From assembly GCA_963813075.1 (NCBI GenBank), contig CAWEXU010000025.1, positions 1-13,734 on the forward strand: a stretch of DNA of 13,734 bases. Direction: 5' to 3'. Under the pieces are notes generated by a model. That model saw only the letters and a program-made list of their open reading frames with translations, ran no database searches and was not told the origin of the DNA. Shown piece after piece: positions 7,111 to 13,734 of the stretch. How positions within the stretch are numbered: the first letter of the stretch is position 1; every line of letters begins with the position of its first letter. The translations under genes were made by a program, and so were the position numbers. This stretch comes from Methanotrichaceae archaeon (lineage in GTDB: Archaea; Halobacteriota; Methanosarcinia; Methanotrichales; Methanotrichaceae).

Positions 7111-7454
7111 TCATCGGTCATAAGAGGGAACAGAAATAGATGGTAATTTCAGCGGATCTTTGGTCCTATCGTCTTCCAGACTCTCCCTGGCCAGATACCT
7201 CAATCTTTCCAGTATGTCCCTGGCCCTCTGCACGCTGTCGCACTGGGAGAGGTCCTTGGGATTGCAGCAGGCCAGAAGGTCCATCATCCTATCCGCCAGG
7301 GGGAAAAATCCCTTCTCCTCCAGGCTCTGCAGCAATAGGGCTGCACGATGGTTGAAATCCCGGCACTCAGAAGATTGGGTGATCTTTTGGTGACTTATGC
7401 AGAGATTTCGATCTCCTGCAGGATCTCTAGATCTCCATATTGCTTTGCCATCAT
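7111..7454 (-). pseudogene. Frameshifted Cys-rich helical hypothetical protein, about 114 aa if one base is restored near 7406-7408
   Basis: The ATG frame reads MMAKQYGDLEILQEIE(ISA*). A second frame, with no ATG upstream of its internal Met-Met, reads NLCISHQKITQSSECRDFNHRAALLLQSLEEKG...LACCNPKDLSQCDS. Adding one A (GAA AAT CTC) joins them. A TTAAAA box lies 24-29 nt upstream of the ATG. Confidence 0.55.
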
Positions 7455-7589
7455 CAGGGCAAATGGCAGGCAGGGGATTTTAATGTAACCGGCGCCCAAC
7501 AGAACTTCAGCACAAATCCGCCTCCTGCGCCAAAAAGCATTAAAGCGATAAAAGAAGAACTGGCCCTGGCATAGGCCGGGATGATTTTC

Positions 7590-7841
7590 ATGATCAATGT
7601 ATCAATCGATAGAGAGGGCTGCATAAGCTGCGGCCAGTGCTGGGGGGACTGCCCCGATCTCTTCGTTGAGAATGAACAGGATGGCAAGAGTCAAATCGCC
7701 GAGAAGTTCCGCATAGCTGGGAAGCTGGATGAGGGAGTCGCTTTTGAGGATCAAGAGGAATGCGCAAAGAAGGTGGCAGAGGAGTGTCCCTCTCAGGTGA
7801 TAGGCGTGAGCCCTCCGGCAATGGGCTTCGATCCGATCTAA
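7590..7841 (+). CDS. Monocluster [4Fe-4S] ferredoxin, 83 aa (alternative start at 7581)
   Basis: VSIDREGCISCGQCWGDCPDLF...EECAKKVAEECPSQVI gives CxxCxxC...CP cluster ligands plus a likely disulfide pair. Confidence 0.9.
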   Translation: MINVSIDREGCISCGQCWGDCPDLFVENEQDGKSQIAEKFRIAGKLDEGVAFEDQEECAKKVAEECPSQVIGVSPPAMGFDPI

Positions 7842-7910
7842 CTCATTTTTTCCTCATTGCCATCCGGCCGGACAAAATGCTGATTTACCATAAAGGCACC
7901 TGGATATCAG

Positions 7911-8408
7911 ATGAAATCAGATTCTGCATCCAGTTTGGCAGAAGGGAAGAGGAAGGTCCTGTTTCTCTGCACTCACAACTCCGCCCGCTCCCAGATGGCT
8001 GAGGGGCTCCTGCGGGCCACGTATGGCGATCGATATGAGGCCTATAGCGCCGGGGTTGAGGCAACCGCAGTCGACCCCCGCGCTGTGCGGGCCATGAGTG
8101 AGATCGGCATTGATATCTCCGGCCAGCGCTCCAAATCCTCCGAGGAATTTCTGGATACGGTCTTCGACCTGGCGGTCACTGTCTGCGACCGGGCCAGGCA
8201 GGCCTGCCCCATCTGCAGCACAAATATCGAGCTTCCCGCCCGAACGCCCCGCGCGAGAGAGGTCATCCACAGAAGCTTCCTGGATCCGGCGGCGACAAGA
8301 GGATCGAAGGAAGAGGAGATGCAGGCCTTCAGAAGAGTGAGAGATGAGATAAAGGAGTGGATCTCTCAGACCTTTGAGGATGATGTCAGGACTCTTTTTT
8401 CGCCCTAA
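7911..8408 (+). CDS. arsC: Arsenate reductase, LMW-PTP fold, thioredoxin-coupled type, 165 aa
   Basis: Motifs VLFLCTHNSARSQMAEG (CX5R), YSAG, EIGIDIS, VTVCDRARQACP and DP...AFRRVRDEI. Confidence 0.95.
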   Translation: MKSDSASSLAEGKRKVLFLCTHNSARSQMAEGLLRATYGDRYEAYSAGVEATAVDPRAVRAMSEIGIDISGQRSKSSEEFLDTVFDLAVTVCDRARQACPICSTNIELPARTPRAREVIHRSFLDPAATRGSKEEEMQAFRRVRDEIKEWISQTFEDDVRTLFSP

Positions 8409-8450
8409 TTCGCCTGCAATATTTCCATTTCTTTTCTCATTCTGCAACTA

Positions 8451-9356
8451 TCACAAAGCCAGCCAGTTGGCCAGATATCCGACCGCAACCGCTATTGCGA
8501 TGATGGTGAGCACAAAGGCTGCCAGCATCTTCCTTTTGAATATGGCGGAAAGGAGGGTCAACTCAGGGATGCTCGCGCCCGCTCCGCCGATGACCAGGGC
8601 CAGCACAGCTCCAGTGCTCATCCCTTTCTCTATGAGGGCCAGGCCGATGGGGATCATTGTCTCCGCCCGGATGTAGATAGGGACGCCTATGATTGCCGCC
8701 ACGGGAACAGCAAAGGGATTTCCCGCTCCGGCGATGCTTGATATCAGCTCCGTAGGCACGAATCCATGAATGAAGGCTCCGATTCCCGCTCCCAAGAGAA
8801 GATAGGGCACAAGCTGGCGGAATAGGCTGAAGGCGAATCTTGCCGAGCGCTGCACTCTTGATTTTGCATCCTCAGCCGGCTTACAGTCGCAGCAGCCTCT
8901 CACCGCGGCCACAGATTTAACCTGGTTGGCAAATCCCAGACTGTCAAGCATCAGACCGATTACGATTGCCGCCAGGAAGGTGACGGAAAAGTAGAGAGCA
9001 GTTATCTTCCAGCCCAGTAGAATGATGAACAGGGACACTATCACCGGATTGAGCAGGGGCGAGGCAAACAGAAATGCCATTGCAGATGCAAAGGGCACGC
9101 CCGCATTGAGCATTCCCAGGAGCAGAGGTATGGTCGAGCAGGAACAGAAAGGGGTAAGAGCACCAAAACCGGCGCCCAGAAAGCTGCCCAGGATCCTGTG
9201 TCGCCCTCCTAAAGCTCTCTTAATGGTCTCATCAGGCACATACTCCTGGATCAGCCCCACGAGAAAGGTTATCCCTATGAATAATACTATCAGTTCTACT
9301 GCAATCTCTAGGAAAAAGCTCATAGCCGTCGCTAGAGTTGTCAAAGAACATCTCAT
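8451..9356 (-). CDS. arsP: ArsP (DUF318) permease, probable organoarsenical efflux, 301 aa
   Basis: Motifs LTPFCSCSTIPL, FLFASPLLNP, GVPIYIRAETMIPI and GAGASIPE; two hydrophobic halves joined by a GCCDC loop. Confidence 0.92.
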   Translation of the reverse strand: MRCSLTTLATAMSFFLEIAVELIVLFIGITFLVGLIQEYVPDETIKRALGGRHRILGSFLGAGFGALTPFCSCSTIPLLLGMLNAGVPFASAMAFLFASPLLNPVIVSLFIILLGWKITALYFSVTFLAAIVIGLMLDSLGFANQVKSVAAVRGCCDCKPAEDAKSRVQRSARFAFSLFRQLVPYLLLGAGIGAFIHGFVPTELISSIAGAGNPFAVPVAAIIGVPIYIRAETMIPIGLALIEKGMSTGAVLALVIGGAGASIPELTLLSAIFKRKMLAAFVLTIIAIAVAVGYLANWLAL

Positions 9357-9381
9357 CCCACCACTTAAAAATCTTTTAGTG

Positions 9382-9801
9382 TTACTTTATCTTCTTCAGC
9401 TCTCGAGCCTGCTTGATCATCTCATTGACAGCGCTGTCTGCCAGGCGGTAGTAGGACCATTTGCCATCCTTTCGCTCTCTGACCAGTCCTGCCTCTCTGA
9501 GAATGGATAGATGATGGGAGGTGGTGGACTGAGGCTTATCAAGAGCAGTCATGATCTCGCAAACGCATAGCTCTCCTTCCTTCAAGAGCTTCACAATCCT
9601 GAGCCTGCAGGGATCGGCAACGGCCTTGAAGACCTCCACCTCTCCTTCCGGGCCATCAATGTCGATCGCCTTCATCAATGATAAGAGCCTTCTGGTCCTC
9701 GACCGCGCCCGATCCTCATCTCCGATGAGCCTGGCCAGGCTGCATATTGCAGCCTCATCGATTGATTCCTCAATGATCTCATCATTCGTCGAATCTGGCA
9801 T
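9382..9801 (-). CDS. arsR: ArsR/SmtB-family repressor, copy 2, 139 aa
   Basis: Motifs ADPCRLRIV, GELCVCEI, SHHLSILREAGLV and RKDGKWSYYRL. GGTGA RBS. Confidence 0.93.
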   Translation of the reverse strand: MPDSTNDEIIEESIDEAAICSLARLIGDEDRARSRTRRLLSLMKAIDIDGPEGEVEVFKAVADPCRLRIVKLLKEGELCVCEIMTALDKPQSTTSHHLSILREAGLVRERKDGKWSYYRLADSAVNEMIKQARELKKIK

Positions 9802-9889
9802 AACTGTCTATTTCACCCACCAACTACTCATAGATTTCTGGCCGGGTCATGAATGCAGGAATGGCTTTTATGGCCTTTTGCATTGGATC

Positions 9890-10183
9890 CTATTTTTTTC
9901 GGGCTTCGAAGTACCTCTGATATTCTGCCAAAAAGGCAATTTTATACATCTCCTCCGCCCCCTCGGCGATGAAGTTGAGCTTTTTCAGCTCCTCGACCAG
10001 CTCACTTCCGGTGGAGTCCTCTGGCTTCTTTCCCTTTTTAAAGAATTCCTGGAGGGCTTCATCCAGGCCCATGATTCCTACGCTGCGTCCACCTACGTTG
10101 ATCTGTCTGAGTCCCACAATGCGGGTGCTGCAGCAACAACCGCTGCTGCCCTTATCTTTGAAGATCTTATCTTTCAGTCCCAT
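9890..10183 (-). CDS. Small hypothetical protein with an N-terminal CCC motif, 97 aa
   Basis: Sequence MGLKDKIFKDKGSSGCCCSTRIVGLRQINVGGRSVGIMGLDEAL...LKKLNFIAEGAEEMYKIAFLAEY. The ORF-track GTG at 10192 is part of the GTGAT RBS for the ATG at 10183. It is the first gene after the TATA/operator. Confidence 0.8.
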   Translation of the reverse strand: MGLKDKIFKDKGSSGCCCSTRIVGLRQINVGGRSVGIMGLDEALQEFFKKGKKPEDSTGSELVEELKKLNFIAEGAEEMYKIAFLAEYQRYFEARKK

Positions 10184-10196
10184 GGTAATCACAGAT

Positions 10197-10225
10197 CATA
10201 TCAATATTTGCCGATATATAATGCT
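10197..10225 (-). promoter_or_regulatory. Promoter (TTATATA) with overlapping ArsR-type operator, driving the CCC protein-arsR-arsP operon
   Basis: CATATCAATATTTGCCGATATATAA (10197-10221) matches CATATCCAGCAATCTCGATATATAA (4630-4654) at 18 of 25 positions. Confidence 0.75.
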
Positions 10226-10294
10226 TGCGCCTTATCCCGATTAAGCTAGAATTTGATGTGCAAAGCATCAAAATCATTCTGAAATCCAAAGTCA

Positions 10295-10385
10295 GATAAA
10301 TTTTAAGAATAACGCATCGATGATTGTAGATATGAAATATTGCTTTAAAGAGATTTTTCTGATTTTTCAGAAAATCTTAAATAAT
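10295..10385 (+). promoter_or_regulatory. Promoter region of the hgcC-like/arsM operon, with an ArsR-type box and a second, unrelated palindrome
   Basis: TATA-like TTTTAAG (10301-10307), ATCGA-tgattg-TAGAT (10316-10331), TTTTCTGA-N4-TCAGAAAA (10355-10374) and TATA-like CTTAAATA (10376-10383). Confidence 0.55.
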
Positions 10386-10404
10386 CAGAGATCACGATAT
10401 TATT

Positions 10405-10680
10405 ATGGCGGCTAAATCCGAAGACAAAGCCTGTTGCCTGCCGGGATCGATGAGCTCATGCCGAGTGGAATCCATAGTAAGCGTAGATGAGCGCGGGCAG
10501 ATGGTCCTCCCCAAGGATATCAGGGAAAGGGCAAAGATCCGGCCAGGAGACAAGCTGGCAGTGGTGAGCATGGAGAAGGATGGCAAGATCTGCTGCTTAT
10601 CATTGATCAGGGTTGAAGAGCTGGAGGGCATGGTGAAATCTGTGCTGGGGCCGGTTATTGAGGATATATTCAAGAAATAA
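10405..10680 (+). CDS. hgcC: AbrB/MazE/SpoVT-fold protein of the Cys-rich HgcC-like type, 91 aa
   Basis: VSVDERGQMVLPKDIRERAKIRPGDKL is an AbrB swapped-hairpin signature. ACC, CRVES and KICCLSLI resemble, from memory, the HgcAB-associated HgcC of methanogens; the symbol is tentative. Confidence 0.8.
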   Translation: MAAKSEDKACCLPGSMSSCRVESIVSVDERGQMVLPKDIRERAKIRPGDKLAVVSMEKDGKICCLSLIRVEELEGMVKSVLGPVIEDIFKK

Positions 10681-10711
10681 TACTATATTTAGAATTTGAG
10701 GTGAACTAACG

Positions 10712-11464
10712 ATGAACGATTCGGAAATAAAGGTACTGGTAAAGGATAGGTACGGAAAAATAGCCGGGAAAGGAGGCTCGTGCTGCCCCACCAAGGGCTC
10801 ATGCTGTGGAACTGCTCCCCCGGAGGAGATCAGCAAAGGTATCGGCTACTCAGAGGAAGAGATGAATGCCGTGCCCCAGGGGGCAAATCTGGGCCTGGGC
10901 TGCGGCAATCCAATCGCGCTGGCATCGATCAAAGAAGGGGAGACTGTGCTCGACCTGGGCTCGGGGGCGGGATTTGACAGCTTCCTTGCCGCCAGCAGGG
11001 TCGGACCGACAGGAAAGGTCATCGGAGTGGATATGACCCCGGAGATGATCAACAGGGCAAGAGAGAATGCAGCTAAAGGAAGCTACAGCAATGTACATTT
11101 CAGGCCTGGCGAGCTGGAGGATCTGCCGGTTGAGGATAATAGCGTGGATATTGTCATCTCCAACTGCGTCATCAACCTGGTGCCCGACAAAGAGAAGGCC
11201 TTCAAAGAAGCCTTCCGGGTGCTCAAGCCCGGCGGCAGGCTGATGGTCTCAGATCTCGTCCTGCGCCAGGAGCTGCCTCTTGGCATAAAGGAATCAATCG
11301 AAGGCTATGTGGGCTGCATATCGGGAGCAGCTATGAAGGATGTCTATCTGGATGCGATAAGATCTGCAGGCTTCGACGAAGTCGCAGTTATTGAGGAATC
11401 CGCCTTCAACGGATTTGCAGACTCCGTATCCAGCATAAAGGTAAGGGCCATCAAGCCGCTATGA
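10712..11464 (+). CDS. arsM: Arsenite S-adenosylmethionine methyltransferase, 250 aa
   Basis: Motifs NLGLGCGNP, VLDLGSGAGFD, GVDMTPEM, ISNCVINL, RVLKPGGRL and VGCISGA, with an N-terminal GSCC twice. GAGGTGA RBS. Confidence 0.96.
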   Translation: MNDSEIKVLVKDRYGKIAGKGGSCCPTKGSCCGTAPPEEISKGIGYSEEEMNAVPQGANLGLGCGNPIALASIKEGETVLDLGSGAGFDSFLAASRVGPTGKVIGVDMTPEMINRARENAAKGSYSNVHFRPGELEDLPVEDNSVDIVISNCVINLVPDKEKAFKEAFRVLKPGGRLMVSDLVLRQELPLGIKESIEGYVGCISGAAMKDVYLDAIRSAGFDEVAVIEESAFNGFADSVSSIKVRAIKPL

Positions 11465-11471
11465 TGGTGGG

Positions 11472-11530
11472 ATCAGGCCCGGGATTTGGGGATTAGAGGC
11501 CTGATTTTCCTTTATCTATTTTCTGATTGT
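11472..11530 (+). terminator. Inverted repeat followed by T-rich tracts after arsM
   Basis: ATCAGGCC (11472-11479) pairs with GGCCTGAT (11498-11505), followed by TTTCCTTTATCTATTTTCT. It lies between convergent genes. Confidence 0.45.
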
Positions 11531-11549
11531 ATAGATCTATTAAAAATGC

Positions 11550-12965
11550 TCATCCTTTGTGGGAGGAGTTGCTTGAATTTGTGCCTGCAACCATCGATAA
11601 TATGCCATCTATGATCCATTTATGGCTATCGTCTGGCGCAACCTTGATTATCTCTTTCAGGTAAGTGGAACTGCAATCCGATGAATCCGTCAGCCATTGA
11701 AGTCTCTTATAATTGTTAATGAGGTCTTGGTAAGCAGCATCATCGAACTCAAGATGACTTATGCAATCCCATTTTAAATAGAGCCAATCATATCCAGCTC
11801 CAGTTAAATTGATGGTATTAATCTGGGTGCTCTCGAAATGGACATTCTTTTTAAACTGTGTATTATAGAAATTGACTCTATCGCTGAACGCAGTTCTGCT
11901 GAAGTCGGCCGGACCGCTGAAGATGGAATCGCTGAAATCAGCATCATATGCAAACTTCGAACCTCCAAAATCGGCAAATCCAAGGAAATTGCTTCCGCTG
12001 AATTCTGCTGGTTCAAGAAAAGTTGTATTATTGAATATGGTATCAACCTGGAAATCGGATTCTTTGAAGGTGGCGTTTTTAAGGAAATTACAGTCGCCGA
12101 ACTCGACTAGATCATCAAACCTGGCCCTTGCGAAGAATGCCGGACCCTCGAATTGAGTCCGATCAAATCGAACCTCCTTTTCAAACTGCACTGAATTGAG
12201 GGCTATAGATTCGTTGAATACAGATTCAGAAAATTGAGCAGACCCGGAGAATTTTGCACCATCAAATGAGGTCTCTTTTTCGAATCTGGTTCCATTGAAT
12301 TCCACATCCTGATTGAACTGAGATGCTATGAATTTGGCTTCTCCTTTAAAATCTGTTTTATCAAAGAGGGCATCAGATGAGAATTGGCTGGAGGCGAAAT
12401 TGCCAACTGAGTGGAACTGGGCGAGGGAGAAATCAGCAATGCCGCCAAATTTGGCGGCATTAAATGATGCCGGCCGGCTGAAACGGGTTTGGAAGAAATT
12501 CGCCTTGCCGTCAAACCTTGATCCTTCGAAGCTTCCTTCTTTTAAAAATATAGAATGATTAAATGCAGCATCGTCATTGAAAGTTGAGTTTACAAATAAT
12601 GCATTTTCGACAAAAAACACATTCTCGAAGCTGACCTGCTTATGAAATTGTGTGTTGTTAAAGTCCACTCTGCCGCATATAATGGAATTTTTGATCACGA
12701 CAGATGAATTGACCTGCATCTGCTTGGATTGCGGCATCTTCACCTCAAAGGGGATGCGCAAGATCTGCTTGGCAGTCATACCCAGCCGGTCAGATGTAAG
12801 GTTTCCTTTTATGACCGTATTTTCGTACTCCACTGGCAAGCCCAGCCTCATTTTGATCATTATATCATCGGCTGCTACCACAGTCTCCGATTCGCTAAGA
12901 GCCTTCAGGGGAGTGCAAAAGATCAAAACCAATCCAACCAGGATAATAGTTAAAGCATGCTTCAC
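11550..12965 (-). CDS. Exported pentapeptide-repeat-type (Phe-periodic beta-solenoid) protein, 471 aa, GTG start
   Basis: Signal-peptide-like N-terminus and many 11-residue A-x-F-x-x-x-x-F-x-x-x units (for example ADFSLAQFHSV, ADFSDSIFSGP). GGAG RBS. Confidence 0.85.
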   Translation of the reverse strand: MKHALTIILVGLVLIFCTPLKALSESETVVAADDIMIKMRLGLPVEYENTVIKGNLTSDRLGMTAKQILRIPFEVKMPQSKQMQVNSSVVIKNSIICGRVDFNNTQFHKQVSFENVFFVENALFVNSTFNDDAAFNHSIFLKEGSFEGSRFDGKANFFQTRFSRPASFNAAKFGGIADFSLAQFHSVGNFASSQFSSDALFDKTDFKGEAKFIASQFNQDVEFNGTRFEKETSFDGAKFSGSAQFSESVFNESIALNSVQFEKEVRFDRTQFEGPAFFARARFDDLVEFGDCNFLKNATFKESDFQVDTIFNNTTFLEPAEFSGSNFLGFADFGGSKFAYDADFSDSIFSGPADFSRTAFSDRVNFYNTQFKKNVHFESTQINTINLTGAGYDWLYLKWDCISHLEFDDAAYQDLINNYKRLQWLTDSSDCSSTYLKEIIKVAPDDSHKWIIDGILSMVAGTNSSNSSHKG

Positions 12966-13234
12966 GGGTCATCTCCTTCCAAATATTAAGCCTCATGCTC
13001 AACTTTAGGTTGCTTTACGCCCTATCTATGCGTATATCTGAGAGGCTATATTTCTGATGGATACACTCCATTTTGATCCCTGGCAAGTCTCTCTTAAATT
13101 TGCAGCTATTTGCCCACTCTGATAGAGGCAGTTTGCTTTTCAAGTATAAATGGTTTTGCTTCCATATCTATATAGAATCATTCATTCTATAGACTCCTTA
13201 ATACTTGTTGACTCCCTCGTACGACCAACTCCAC

Positions 13235-13734
13235 CTATGACAGACGCTGAGGCAGGAACCTCTCGTGAAGCTTTATAGAAACCACAAGGAAGAGCAGGGT
13301 GGACACCACCAGGACGGCCAGATCTATGGGAAGCGAGTAATAACTTATGCCCGTTGTCGAATATCTTGCCAGGTCAATGAAATAGGTTAGCGGTGAAGCT
13401 GATGCGATGGTTTGCCCCCATGCAGGCATCTCTTCTACCGGGACGAAAACACCGCTGATGAAGACCAGGGGAAACCTCACCAGCGAGGATAGCATCATCA
13501 CAGTGGCAGGCACATCCGTAGGCGGATAGACTGACAGCAATATGCTCAACGATGCAAAACAGATGGTTGCCAAAATCATGCCCAGGCAGAAGACCAGGAG
13601 GTGCACAACTTCTACGCCCATCAATACGGCGACGGCCAGGGGCATGATGGAGATCAGCAATCCAAAGACGAACGAAGCGAAGACATCCCCAAGAAGAAGG
13701 GCCCAGACCTCCACCGGAGAGGATACCAGCCGTT
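13235..13734 (-). CDS. ABC-2 type transporter permease, C-terminal part; the 5' end lies outside the window
   Basis: The frame is open to the edge (RLVSSPVEVW...). Motifs FPLVFISGVFVPVEEMPAW and SPLTYFIDLAR; several TM segments. Confidence 0.88.
   Translation of the reverse strand, partial: RLVSSPVEVWALLLGDVFASFVFGLLISIMPLAVAVLMGVEVVHLLVFCLGMILATICFASLSILLSVYPPTDVPATVMMLSSLVRFPLVFISGVFVPVEEMPAWGQTIASASPLTYFIDLARYSTTGISYYSLPIDLAVLVVSTLLFLVVSIKLHERFLPQRLS

Noticed and set aside
7593..7610. ATCAA...TCGAT as a fifth ArsR box
   Set aside because: The spacer is 8 nt rather than 6, and it lies inside the ferredoxin CDS.
6274..9510. Long antisense ORFs 6274..6918, 7917..8447, 8374..8676 and 9022..9510
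   Set aside because: They are antisense to ccdA, arsC and arsP, as expected for GC-rich coding sequence.
9824..9892. TAG (pyrrolysine) readthrough of the CCC gene, or a 19-aa ORF MQKAIKAIPAFMTRPEIYE
   Set aside because: The frame stops again at 9824-9826 without fusing to arsR, and there is no clear RBS or motif.
9551..10249. 232-aa plus-strand ORF
   Set aside because: It is antisense to arsR copy 2 and the CCC gene, crosses their operator, and has no recognisable motif.
10405..10680. AbrB/MazE protein as the antitoxin of a toxin-antitoxin pair
   Set aside because: No toxin gene is adjacent; the downstream gene is arsM.
1..13734. CRISPR array, tRNA/rRNA, IS element or integrase
   Set aside because: I saw no repeat-spacer periodicity, RNA-gene signature or transposase/integrase ORF. 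The periodicity at 11800-12680 is a protein-level repeat.

Overview
This window is an archaeal arsenic-resistance island spanning about 1-11505. GGTGA/GTGAT ribosome-binding sites, TATA/BRE promoters and the gene content suggest a methanogen, probably Methanothrix-like (inference). Recognisable ars genes are acr3, arsC (thioredoxin/LMW-PTP type), arsP, arsM and two paralogous arsR. A tightly packed minus-strand operon carries a 47-aa Cys-rich protein, arsR, an exported rhodanese lacking catalytic Cys, acr3, a wHTH/TBP-like/Fe-S protein, and dsrE-, dsrF- and dsrH-like genes. Other genes are a divergent exported thioredoxin plus redoxin-CcdA fusion, a frameshifted Cys-rich gene, a ferredoxin, a CCC-motif small protein and an HgcC-like AbrB-fold gene ahead of arsM. 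The same ATCnA-N6-(T/C)nGAT palindrome lies at four promoters, suggesting one ArsR regulon. The most interesting hypothesis is an arsenic-sulfur/thiol system that joins arsenic efflux and methylation to a DsrEFH sulfur relay and an extracytoplasmic thiol-redox module. The right end holds an AT-richer pentapeptide-repeat gene and a partial ABC-2 permease. All calls come from reading motifs by eye; no database searches were run.
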